From positions 10,559 through 74,558 of the forward strand of contig JAPUIX010000170.1 of assembly GCA_027296625.1 (NCBI GenBank): a DNA stretch of 64,000 nt. The letters run 5' to 3'. Origin of the DNA: Gammaproteobacteria bacterium. Its GTDB lineage: Bacteria; Pseudomonadota; Gammaproteobacteria; JAKEHO01. The first letter of the stretch is position 1; the number at the start of each line of letters is the position of its first letter. The notes beneath the pieces were generated by a model. That model saw nothing but the letters and a program-made list of their open reading frames with translations. It was not told the origin of the DNA and searched no databases. Below, piece after piece: positions 40,947 through 50,086 of this stretch. Made by a program: the position numbers and the translations under genes.

Positions 40947-43616
40947 CTACAGACTCGTGGGTTCAGATACGGCCCCGGTGCGGCCGGTAGCGAGCAGAGC
41001 AGGAAGTACCACGAGCGTGCAGACAAGGGTGAAGGCTACGCCTAACGCAAGCAGTTTTCCCATGCTGGCCATTCCTTGATGAGGCGCAAAGGCCAGGTTG
41101 CTAAAGCCAACAATGGTGGTCAAGGCACTGAAGAATACGGCACGCGCTGAGCTGGTCGCAAGTAACACGCCGTCTTTGGGCGGTGCAGTGCGGAAACGGT
41201 GCACCATGTGGATACCGCTATCCACGCCGATCCCCAAAAGCAGCGGCAGCGCGATGATATTGGCGAAATTAAACGGTATATCAAGCACCACGCTCGCCGC
41301 GGCGGTGAAGACGCCTGCGAGTAGGAGCGGGAGCAGGACGAAAACTGCATCAATCTTTCTATCCAATAGCAGGACCAGTAATAACGCGATGACAAAAAGC
41401 GCAGATAGAAATGCCTGCTGGAACGCGGACACGACCGCATCCCCGGCTTCCAGATTGATAACCGGTGGTCCGGTAAAGTCCGGAGCGATTGTCCGCAATT
41501 CGCTAACAAATCGTCTCAGAGCGCCATTGTCCTCTAAGTTCTCCCTAGGAAATACCTCAATTAGATACTGTCCACCGGGTGTAACCCAGCGCTCAATGAA
41601 TTCCAGTGGCAGATCCCGGAAAGCCACGGGCTTAGCACGGAGTGCCTCTTGCAATGCCTGTAAGCGTCCGGGAAGGGTGCTGACAAGACTTTCCTGTAAT
41701 CGCGCCAAGAGTTGAGTACGTGCATCCGCGTCTAGGTCTTCTAACCGTTCGAAAAAGCGCTGCAGGGTGTCATTGAGTGATTTCGCTTGACGGGTGATGG
41801 ATTCGTCAGGGCGGGCCTCAATGAGCTTATTGAGCGTGTGATGAAACTCGCGTAATGCTTCTGCTTGCTCGATAGCACTGGGTAACTCTTGGTTGTCTGT
41901 GGGCTGCAGTGTGGGACCAAGAATCAGCGTCATATCATCTATAAGGAGCAATTTCTCATCCTGATCCGTCGGAATGAAACTATCCACTGTGACAACCTTA
42001 TCGACGACCGACAGTTTTTTGAGTTTATCTTTGGTGCGTTTCGCATCACGATGATTCTTTGCCAACAACACACTCCGCCAAGGAGACGTGTCTTTGTCTT
42101 TCAACAACTCTCGATAGGTGATGACTGACTCGGTCTCGGGATCCTTAAGGTTCAACGTATTGGGATCGAATGTCACATATGGAAGTAAAAATAGAGACCC
42201 CAGGCCCAAGAATAAGGTGATGCTCACGATTATCCGCGCGTGCCTTACGGGGAAATTCAACAGTTTGGGATGTGCTGATGAGAACGTACGCCGTGGCTGT
42301 TGCGGCGCGAGTGAGAGCCGCGTAAGGCTCAGCAAGGCGGGGAGTAAACTAAGACACAAACCTAAGCTGATGAACATGCCTGTGCCTGCGATCAAGCCGA
42401 GTTCCGCCACGCCGACATAGCCTGTGGGAATGAAGGCGTAGAACCCAACCGCCGTAGTCAGCGCAGCAAGCAGCAGCGCGCTGCCGATCTGGCGTACCAC
42501 GGTATGCAATGCGGCGGCATGATCCCCGTGTTCTTGCAATAGCCCTCGGTAGCGGAGATTGAAGTGGATGCAGAAATCGACCCCTAAACTGGGATAGAGC
42601 ACGGCAAATGCGATGGATATGAGGTTTAATTCGCCGACAGCCACTGTCGCAAAGCCGGCTGTATAGATAAGGCCACAGATAAGCGTGTACAGCGTGATCA
42701 GTACAAGTCGCATTGAGCCGAGGCCAATCCACAGTACGATGGTAATCATGGCAAGCGCCAGAACGGCCGCCACTGCAGTCGCGCGGATTGCACTCATCAG
42801 CTCCTCGTGAGCTAGAGGTGTATCCCCAGTCAGGCGTACGCGGATGCCGTTCTCCGGGGTCATTCCCAAGTCTGCACTGAGGGCCCGTATGGCATTGACT
42901 GCCGGCTCTGCAGGGAGCAGTTGGCTGAAATCGAGCTCAGGTTGAACGATGATGAATTGCCGGTATTCTCTTGGGTCAGTGTCCCCCCCTGTCATCACGT
43001 CTTGCCAGGATAATCGATATCGTCGTGTTTGAAGTGCTGCATCCAAGGCATCGCGAATGCGCTCGTATACCGTACCAAGTTCAACGTGTATGCCATCAAC
43101 TAGCGCGCGGGTTGCATCATTGAGCATCGAAAACAGGCCACGCAGGCTCTGATCATTACTGAGATTCGAAAGGAACGGTTGTACCATCGCAAGGTTGTCA
43201 GTGAGGTCTTCAAGTTCTGAAGATTCTAAGTACAAGAGCCCATTGGCTCGAAAGAACGACAGCCCATTGCGGTAATAAACGGATTTAAACAGGCCGGATT
43301 CTTGTTTTAGCCGCTCTGTAATTAAGACAGCAGCATCATGGGCCTCGTCCGCCGTGTCCGCATCGACCACAATGAGGATTGTGTCGACCTGTTGGGGGAA
43401 CTCGCGTTTGTACGCCGAGTATGTCTGTCGCCATGGCAGTTCTTCAGCCAGCAACTCGGCAGTATCTGTGTTAATGGCAAGGTGTTCGACCGTGTAGCCT
43501 AAAATGTAGATTGCAGCAACTGTCGCCACCGTCACAACCCAGATCGCCCCGCGCTGGACGCTGTTCACCCAGAAGGTAAGTGCGTCGTTTGCGTATCGGT
43601 GAAGGGGGGCGCGCAT
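40947..43616 (-). CDS. hpnN: RND/MMPL-family hopanoid transporter
   Basis: 889 aa with two 6-TM bundles and two periplasmic loops, HpnN-like throughout. Confidence 0.8.
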   Translation of the reverse strand: MRAPLHRYANDALTFWVNSVQRGAIWVVTVATVAAIYILGYTVEHLAINTDTAELLAEELPWRQTYSAYKREFPQQVDTILIVVDADTADEAHDAAVLITERLKQESGLFKSVYYRNGLSFFRANGLLYLESSELEDLTDNLAMVQPFLSNLSNDQSLRGLFSMLNDATRALVDGIHVELGTVYERIRDALDAALQTRRYRLSWQDVMTGGDTDPREYRQFIIVQPELDFSQLLPAEPAVNAIRALSADLGMTPENGIRVRLTGDTPLAHEELMSAIRATAVAAVLALAMITIVLWIGLGSMRLVLITLYTLICGLIYTAGFATVAVGELNLISIAFAVLYPSLGVDFCIHFNLRYRGLLQEHGDHAAALHTVVRQIGSALLLAALTTAVGFYAFIPTGYVGVAELGLIAGTGMFISLGLCLSLLPALLSLTRLSLAPQQPRRTFSSAHPKLLNFPVRHARIIVSITLFLGLGSLFLLPYVTFDPNTLNLKDPETESVITYRELLKDKDTSPWRSVLLAKNHRDAKRTKDKLKKLSVVDKVVTVDSFIPTDQDEKLLLIDDMTLILGPTLQPTDNQELPSAIEQAEALREFHHTLNKLIEARPDESITRQAKSLNDTLQRFFERLEDLDADARTQLLARLQESLVSTLPGRLQALQEALRAKPVAFRDLPLEFIERWVTPGGQYLIEVFPRENLEDNGALRRFVSELRTIAPDFTGPPVINLEAGDAVVSAFQQAFLSALFVIALLLVLLLDRKIDAVFVLLPLLLAGVFTAAASVVLDIPFNFANIIALPLLLGIGVDSGIHMVHRFRTAPPKDGVLLATSSARAVFFSALTTIVGFSNLAFAPHQGMASMGKLLALGVAFTLVCTLVVLPALLATGRTGAVSEPTSL

Positions 43617-43844
43617 ATTTAATTTTGCCCTGTCAAGAACTCTCGGGTTCTGAATATTTTAAATTTGTGCAGGAATTATCACTGCAGCCGAAAGGTTAAG
43701 GTATTAAATAAAGCGAAGGGATGGCGCTGTCGTATATTCACGGCCGTGGTTAGCGCAGTGCAAATTCGCAGAATAGCTGCAATCCGGCCAGCTGTGGTCA
43801 TTGGATTTTTCGCGTATCCGATGGGCCATCGTGTAGAGGATTGT

Positions 43845-44606
43845 TTAAACGCGAAAGACGTAGGTTTTACCCGGTTCTCTCTCGCAATCGGGGGGATAGC
43901 TTCTTCGTTTGTCCGCATAGTAGATGGCCCGGTGTTCACCTTCAGACAAACGGTTGTAAGTAACATACAGAACGCGTCTCGGTTTGTCCGTAAGGTTAGG
44001 ACCCGATCGGTGTGGCGTATAGGAATCAAAGAAGACGGCATCGCCTGGACTCATCGGATATGGAACGTAGCGCACTTCATTGTCGTCTTCCAAAGGATGC
44101 CACTTTTCACCAATGAGGCCCTTTTTGTGGTGGCCTGCAGCCAATTCTAAACAACCATTTTCGGGCGTTGATTCATCGATACTGACAAGCGCGGTAATGT
44201 GGAGCTTTGCATAGGTGTCCCATCCGGCCTGAATGTCCTGGTGAGCCTTGAAGCCATCACCGCCGGACATCTTGAAATTGATCTTATCTTTAAATAGCAC
44301 GGCTGGTTCTCCAAACAGTTCGGAGACGATGCCGAACATCTTGTCCATATTGAACAGTTTCTCGAACCCAGCGTGATACGGGACAAAATCTTCGACCCGC
44401 GAGAGGATACGCTTGTGAGGTTCAAGCTTGCTCTGTTCGAAATACATCATGTATTTACCAGGGACTTCAGGGAAGGACGCCACTTCTTCAGTCCATTGCG
44501 TTATGTTGTGTAACTCCTCAAGCTCACAGAGCCTCCTGATAATCAGGAAGCCATCGCGATCAAAATCATTCAATTGTTTGTCTGATAAGTAGCCACTCTT
44601 TTGCAT
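43845..44606 (-). CDS. phytanoyl-CoA dioxygenase (PhyH)-family Fe(II)/2-oxoglutarate oxygenase
   Basis: 253 aa. FDRDGFLIIRR N-terminus, HxD (KAHQD), and distal His/Arg (YTPHRSGPN). Confidence 0.75.
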   Translation of the reverse strand: MQKSGYLSDKQLNDFDRDGFLIIRRLCELEELHNITQWTEEVASFPEVPGKYMMYFEQSKLEPHKRILSRVEDFVPYHAGFEKLFNMDKMFGIVSELFGEPAVLFKDKINFKMSGGDGFKAHQDIQAGWDTYAKLHITALVSIDESTPENGCLELAAGHHKKGLIGEKWHPLEDDNEVRYVPYPMSPGDAVFFDSYTPHRSGPNLTDKPRRVLYVTYNRLSEGEHRAIYYADKRRSYPPDCEREPGKTYVFRV

Positions 44607-44767
44607 GATGCACCCCTATCGGGTTTTGTGAATGTATGACATCATTCCGTTCATATCTTGGACGGTTTTTACATGTGGCTTTGAGGCGTTTTCGTGGACC
44701 AATTTTACCAATCTTGTGAAGACGAATGTTTTGATGTATCGCCCCTCATCAAAGTCTTGCGCGATCG

Positions 44768-45478
44768 CTAAATGTTGAGCAACGAAGGACCTGCAAGGCG
44801 AGCGACTTTGCCTAAAGTCATTTGCGCTTGGCGGAAACAGTTCCCTAGGCGGATAACCGGCAATAACTCTGTGGGGCGTCTCAGGAGCCCGGCAAGGAGC
44901 CTCAGTCGTTGCACCTGGCCATCCTGATCGATTGCCGCGGTGACACAGTCGGGTATCGTGATATCGGCTGTGTCAACGATGGCTCGGATCACGATGCAAG
45001 GGACGCCGGCGCTGCGGGCCGCTTCGGCCACCGCAGCACTTTCCATGTCAGTGGCGACGGCGCTGCTCCGCACGAAGAGAGCCGATTTCTCAGCTGGTGT
45101 TGCCAGTACTTTGGTGCTTTCAATGAGCGTTCCCACCTGGATGCAAAGCTCGTCCTGCAAGCACTTAGAGAGACGCGCGTGCCAATCGGCATCAACAGCG
45201 TATTTTTTATTGTCCTCTGCCAAAATCATTTCCGGTAGCACGAGCGCACCCGGGGACAGATCGCTGGCGAGCCCGCCGGCGCTGCCCCAGCTTGCCAATG
45301 CCGTTGCGCCGAGTGCCAGTAATCGTTCCGCGCCACGGCGCGTTCGCTCAGCGCCTAGGCCAGCGACTTGGACTAAGACATCACCTCCAAGTTTGGCCGG
45401 ATCCCCGGTGGGTATGGGTCGGCCGGTGAGACAGCAGGCCTCGTCGGGCAAGGCCGCGATGACGCCCAGACAGGTCAA
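44768..45478 (-). CDS. hpnG: adenosylhopane nucleosidase (PNP/UDP phosphorylase family)
   Basis: GVIAALPDEA, GLGAERT, and ATDMESAAVA blocks. Immediately downstream of shc. Confidence 0.8.
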   Translation of the reverse strand: MTCLGVIAALPDEACCLTGRPIPTGDPAKLGGDVLVQVAGLGAERTRRGAERLLALGATALASWGSAGGLASDLSPGALVLPEMILAEDNKKYAVDADWHARLSKCLQDELCIQVGTLIESTKVLATPAEKSALFVRSSAVATDMESAAVAEAARSAGVPCIVIRAIVDTADITIPDCVTAAIDQDGQVQRLRLLAGLLRRPTELLPVIRLGNCFRQAQMTLGKVARLAGPSLLNI

Positions 45479-45483
45479 GCTCG

Positions 45484-47460
45484 TTATCGTTGTTTCAGAT
45501 TACGGTAGCGCGCGAGCGCCCAGAGTGGAAAGTACTTGGTATAACCGTGGTATCTCAGGAAAAACACCCGCGGAAAGCCGGGGGCGGTGGAACACGGGTC
45601 ATGCCACAGACCGTCCGCTCCCTGGGTCCGCATAAGGCATTCAACGCCGCGCCGCACAGCGCCTGAGTGCACCTGTCCTGCAGCCATCAGCGCGAGCAGG
45701 GCCCAGGCCGTCTGGAAAGGCGTACTGGCGTGATCCCTGCCGGCCTTGGCAGGATCAAAATAGGTGTCATTGCCCTCACCCCAACCGCCGTCGGGGTGCT
45801 GAACGCTGGTGAGCCACGCTGCAGCACGCTGGATGTAGGGCTCGCGCGGGGAAACGCCCGCGATCTCCAGTGCTGCCAGCACGGACCACGTACCATAGAT
45901 GTAATTGGTTCCCCAGCGGCCGAACCACGAACCGTCGGGCTCCTGTTCTTCCCGCAAGTAGCGGAGCGCCTTATCGCGTGCAGCACGGTGTTCCGGCTTG
46001 TTTGCCAACGACAGCAGAACCAGACAGCGCCCCGTGATGTCGCTGGTCGGCGGGTCTAACAGCGCCCCGTGGTCAGCGAATGGAATGGCATTGAGGTAGT
46101 AGCAGGTATTGTCTGAGTCAAAGGAACCGAAGCCGCCGTTTGCAGACTGCATGCCCGCGGTCCAGTCAGCGGCCCGTTCAATGGCCTCCTGGTAACGGAG
46201 CGGGTCAGCCCGGTGCATGGCCCAGGCGACCATCGGGGTGTCGTCGAGATCCGGGTAATACGTGTTCTGAAATTGAAAGGCCCATCCGCCCCCTTCAAGC
46301 TCCGGATGATTTTCACGCCAGTCCCCTGGTTCATCAGCCAGTTGGTGCTCGGCAAGCCAGTCCAGTGCTTGCGTAAGCTCCTCTGGGGGGTCGCCGGGGG
46401 ACGTTTCTGCCACCGCATAGGCAGCAAGGGCCGTATCCCAGATGGGCGATACACAGGGCTGGCAGTAGGCCGACGTGTCGCCGATGACCAGCAAGTTTCT
46501 AATCGCTTGTTTGGTCTCGACCCGATACGGATGATCCTCGGGGTAGCCCAAGAGTGCGAGCACCTCGTAGGCGTTGACGATGGCGGGAAATATCCCGCCC
46601 AGACCCCCCGTGCCGTTAAGCCGGGCTGTGACCCATGTCTCTGCTCTTTTAATGGCGCGCTTGCGAATCCAGCTTGGGATGAGCGGCTCGAGCGCCCGGG
46701 GCACGCGATCCAAAATGAGAAACACAGAGCCAAGTGCCGAGTTCGCCCGAAAATAGTGCCTCTCTTCAAAAGGTGGTGTGGTGAAGAGTTCCGGAATGTC
46801 CACACCTTTAGGATTCGCGGCCCGTGGCTTCAGGCTGCAAAGGATAGAAAGCGGCACCATGACCGTGCGGGACCAATAGGAAATCTTGCTAATGTGAAAT
46901 GGAGCCCAGCGTGGCAGCAGCATGTGCTCCACCGGGACAAACGGTACACCCCGCCAGGGGATCTGACCAAACAACGCCAACGCAATACGGGTGAAGACGT
47001 TGCTATGGGCGGCACCGCCATGGTCCAATATCGCCTGCTGGGCCTTTTCCATATGCGGTGCGTTGGGATCATCCCCAGCGAGTTTTAAGGCGTAGTACGC
47101 CTTGACCGAACAACTCAAATCAAAGTCAGCATCAAGATAGAGTGGCCAGCCGCCGTGATCGGCCTGATGGGCGCGAAGATAGTTAGCAATCTTACTCTCG
47201 AGCCCCTCATCGACCTCATCCATGAAATGTGTCATTAAGATATATTCGGCAGGTATCGTACAGTCTGCCTCTAGTTCATAACACCAGTAACCTTTGGCGT
47301 GCTGGTGTGCCAACAAAGCATCTCTTGCCCGGGCAACGGCCAAATCCAGCTCGTCCACTGCCGATCTGAAGGCGATTTCAGCCGGGTAGCTGCTCGCCTC
47401 AGCATCAGTGAGTTTATATCGTGGTTGCATCAGCATCGACATCATCCCCTCATTAAGCAC
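45484..47460 (-). CDS. shc: squalene-hopene cyclase
   Basis: DxDD motif (YYPDLDDTPMV), repeated QW motifs, and GGWGE blocks. Confidence 0.95.
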   Translation of the reverse strand: MLNEGMMSMLMQPRYKLTDAEASSYPAEIAFRSAVDELDLAVARARDALLAHQHAKGYWCYELEADCTIPAEYILMTHFMDEVDEGLESKIANYLRAHQADHGGWPLYLDADFDLSCSVKAYYALKLAGDDPNAPHMEKAQQAILDHGGAAHSNVFTRIALALFGQIPWRGVPFVPVEHMLLPRWAPFHISKISYWSRTVMVPLSILCSLKPRAANPKGVDIPELFTTPPFEERHYFRANSALGSVFLILDRVPRALEPLIPSWIRKRAIKRAETWVTARLNGTGGLGGIFPAIVNAYEVLALLGYPEDHPYRVETKQAIRNLLVIGDTSAYCQPCVSPIWDTALAAYAVAETSPGDPPEELTQALDWLAEHQLADEPGDWRENHPELEGGGWAFQFQNTYYPDLDDTPMVAWAMHRADPLRYQEAIERAADWTAGMQSANGGFGSFDSDNTCYYLNAIPFADHGALLDPPTSDITGRCLVLLSLANKPEHRAARDKALRYLREEQEPDGSWFGRWGTNYIYGTWSVLAALEIAGVSPREPYIQRAAAWLTSVQHPDGGWGEGNDTYFDPAKAGRDHASTPFQTAWALLALMAAGQVHSGAVRRGVECLMRTQGADGLWHDPCSTAPGFPRVFFLRYHGYTKYFPLWALARYRNLKQR

Positions 47461-47598
47461 GCAAAATACCGTTAAGTGGTCAAAACTCTCTGTTAGTGAC
47501 CTGCTTGCGGGCTTTCAGTGTTAGCTGGATTTGTTATGTTTCCCGGGCGGATTGGACGACAGGTATAAAGCATTCGTCTGCGTCCTCCGCTGCGCTCA

Positions 47599-48675
47599 TC
47601 ATACTTGGATCCGGGCATTGTTTAGTATTCCGCTGAGTTTCTCATGAATGGCACCCACGGGTAAACCCTTTGACGTCAAGGAAAACAAAAGTTTCAGGAG
47701 TTTGTCACTGCCCGCAGTAAGGTTCGTTACCACAATGGTGCCTTTCACACTGCGTCGAGAGATTTTGACCTCTTGACCCGCGCTGAAGTTGCGGTGGCGG
47801 TTAATCTTTTGCAACGTCAGGATGGCCATCCCAAGCGCCCACAGGCAGAAACGCCTTATACCTCGCTCGTGTTGTGGAATGACCAAGGTATACGTCAGTG
47901 CATTGTGCAAATGGGCGCGGGCCAGGCCGATGAGCTGCGCAAGGCCCTCAATAAAGCCGTCATCTCCCTTGCCCGGGGTAAGGTCTGTAAGATCAAATCC
48001 CAAATTATAGAAGACATCCCGCGGCAACCAGCAGGCACCACGTTTGCGATCTTCCCAGATGTCTTTAAGAATGTTCGTCATCTGCAAACCCTGCCCGAAA
48101 GAAACAGCGAGTGGTATCAATTGTTCTCGATTTTTATTGATTTCATCGGAATAATCGCAAAACAGCTCCGTCAACATTTCACCGACCACACCCGCAACGT
48201 AATAGCAATACGTGTCCATATCGGACAGGTCTTTCAGGCCGTCCAACGTTTCGTGTTCTTGGTAACGTGCCATGCCTTCCGCCATGATGCGAATACAGCG
48301 CTCAAGGGCCCTGTGTTGATTCGTATTAAAGCTGTGGGTTATCCGGATGACGCGCGTCGTATTCTTGACAAGATCCCGTTCAGCATCCAAGGCCTTCTCA
48401 GATAAAAGCGGCTTTAGTTCTTGGGCAAAATCGTTTGCGGACGCATTGCCGGCGACGACGTTAATAAATCGATCTGACCACTGCCGCTTCTGTTTCGATG
48501 TCAAAGCATTGTCGTCTTCGATGGTGTCAGCAATGCGACAGAGCAGGTAAGCGTTGCTAACGATCCGGGAGAGTTCTGGAGGCAATTGTGGAATGGTGAG
48601 CGCAAAGGTCCGTGAGACACCCTGAAGAACGTACTCTTGGTAGGTTTCATCCTGCGCGCTCGGCTGCGTAGTCAT
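47599..48675 (-). CDS. sqs: squalene synthase (single-enzyme farnesyl-diphosphate farnesyltransferase type)
   Basis: SRTFALTIPQLP, Asp-rich CRIADTIEDD, YCYYVAGVVGEMLTELF, and NILKDIWED. The tracked ORF extends to 48726; MTTQPSA is the preferred start. Confidence 0.8.
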   Translation of the reverse strand: MTTQPSAQDETYQEYVLQGVSRTFALTIPQLPPELSRIVSNAYLLCRIADTIEDDNALTSKQKRQWSDRFINVVAGNASANDFAQELKPLLSEKALDAERDLVKNTTRVIRITHSFNTNQHRALERCIRIMAEGMARYQEHETLDGLKDLSDMDTYCYYVAGVVGEMLTELFCDYSDEINKNREQLIPLAVSFGQGLQMTNILKDIWEDRKRGACWLPRDVFYNLGFDLTDLTPGKGDDGFIEGLAQLIGLARAHLHNALTYTLVIPQHERGIRRFCLWALGMAILTLQKINRHRNFSAGQEVKISRRSVKGTIVVTNLTAGSDKLLKLLFSLTSKGLPVGAIHEKLSGILNNARIQV

Positions 48676-48888
48676 TTCGCGAATTACTCCCCTATAAGAC
48701 ACTGTATCGCCCGCGGCTTGCAGCAATAGATTAGCACGGTATCGTAAAGTTCAGGCCTTAGCTCTGAGCGCGAAGCTCTTATTATCAGGATAAAAAAGAC
48801 CAAAGCAATCAAACCAGAGGGGCATTCCCCATTTTCAGTGATATTTAGTGGACTTCGATGTGCGACAATATGGGACTTAGCTTAGGGA

Positions 48889-50034
48889 GTGATGAGAATG
48901 AAAAAGATTAAGGTAGCATTAGTTGGTGTCGGTAACTGTGCAAGTTCCCTCATTCAGGGCCTCGAGTTTTACAAGGGCAGTAAAGCAAAAGAATTTTCCG
49001 GCCTCATGCACCCCAGGATCGGATTGTGGGGTGTCAGCGACATTGAAATTGTGGCCGCTTTTGACATCGATCACCGTAAGGTCGGCAAGCCAGTGGAAGA
49101 AGCCATCTTTGCTAAACCGAACTGTACCCTGGTTTTCCAGAAAGCCTTGCCGGTCTCCGGGGTCAAGGTGCAGATGGGACCGATCCTCGATGGGGTGGCG
49201 GGGCACATGGCTGATTATCCGGACGATTTAGCTTTCCGCCCTGCTGACATCGAGCCTGTAGACATTGTCGATGCCCTCAGGGGGAGTAAAGCCGAGGTGT
49301 TGGTTTGCTATCTGCCGGTCGGCTCGGAGGAGGCGGTGCGCCACTACGCACAGGCCTGCCTGGATGCCGGTGTGGCCATGATCAACTGTATGCCGGTGTT
49401 CATTGCCTCCAATCCTGAATGGGCCAAGAAGTTCCAGGCAGCGGGGCTACCGATCGTGGGGGACGATATCAAGAGCCAGGTCGGCGCTACCATCGTTCAT
49501 CGCACATTGACGCGCTTGTTCGGCGACCGTGGTGTCAGTCTCGATCGGACGTATCAACTGAATACGGGAGGCAATACAGACTTCCTCAATATGTTGGCGC
49601 TTGAACGCTTGAAGTCCAAGAAAATATCCAAGACCGAGTCCGTGCAGTCGCAACTCGACGAACGGCTGGCTACCGGTGATATCCATATCGGTCCGTCGGA
49701 TTATGTGCAGTGGCAGGGAGATAATAAGGTGGCCTTCATACGCATGGAGGGGCGTGGCTTCGGCAATGCACCGATTGAACTTGAACTCAGGCTGTCGGTG
49801 CAGGATTCTCCTAACAGCGCCGGTGTCGTCATCGATGCAATCCGCTGTGCCAAACTGGGGTTGCAGCGTGGCCTTAGCGGACCGCTGGAGGCGGTTTCCG
49901 CCTACTACATGAAGAGCCCACCACGGCAAATGCGTGATTCGGTGGCCTATGAGGCATGTAATGCTTTTATTAATGGTACTGATAGCAACGAAAAGGTATC
50001 CGGACAAGACGATCAAGCCGGTATGATCGAATAA
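48889..50034 (+). CDS. ino1: inositol-3-phosphate synthase (MIPS)
   Basis: KIKVALVGVGNCASSLIQGLEFYK Rossmann fold and archaeal/bacterial short MIPS architecture (SKKISKTESV, DSPNSAGVVIDAIRC). Confidence 0.85.
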   Translation: MMRMKKIKVALVGVGNCASSLIQGLEFYKGSKAKEFSGLMHPRIGLWGVSDIEIVAAFDIDHRKVGKPVEEAIFAKPNCTLVFQKALPVSGVKVQMGPILDGVAGHMADYPDDLAFRPADIEPVDIVDALRGSKAEVLVCYLPVGSEEAVRHYAQACLDAGVAMINCMPVFIASNPEWAKKFQAAGLPIVGDDIKSQVGATIVHRTLTRLFGDRGVSLDRTYQLNTGGNTDFLNMLALERLKSKKISKTESVQSQLDERLATGDIHIGPSDYVQWQGDNKVAFIRMEGRGFGNAPIELELRLSVQDSPNSAGVVIDAIRCAKLGLQRGLSGPLEAVSAYYMKSPPRQMRDSVAYEACNAFINGTDSNEKVSGQDDQAGMIE

Positions 50035-50086
50035 ACTTTCTCACCGGTAAATGCAACGGGGACCATGCGATCAAGCTATCTGAACC

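Noticed and set aside
43665-44150. 161-aa plus-strand ORF overlapping the PhyH-family gene
   Set aside because: It is antisense to an ORF with intact HxD...H oxygenase motifs, and it has no motif of its own.
44940-45635. 231-aa plus-strand ORF across hpnG and the shc 3' end
   Set aside because: It is antisense to two confidently called genes and has an Ala/Ser/Arg-rich shadow composition.
46056-47088. 249-aa (minus, off-frame) and 291-aa (plus) ORFs inside shc
   Set aside because: Both overlap the squalene-hopene cyclase frame, which has the DxDD and QW motifs. Their translations are Arg/Pro/Gly-rich with no recognisable domain.
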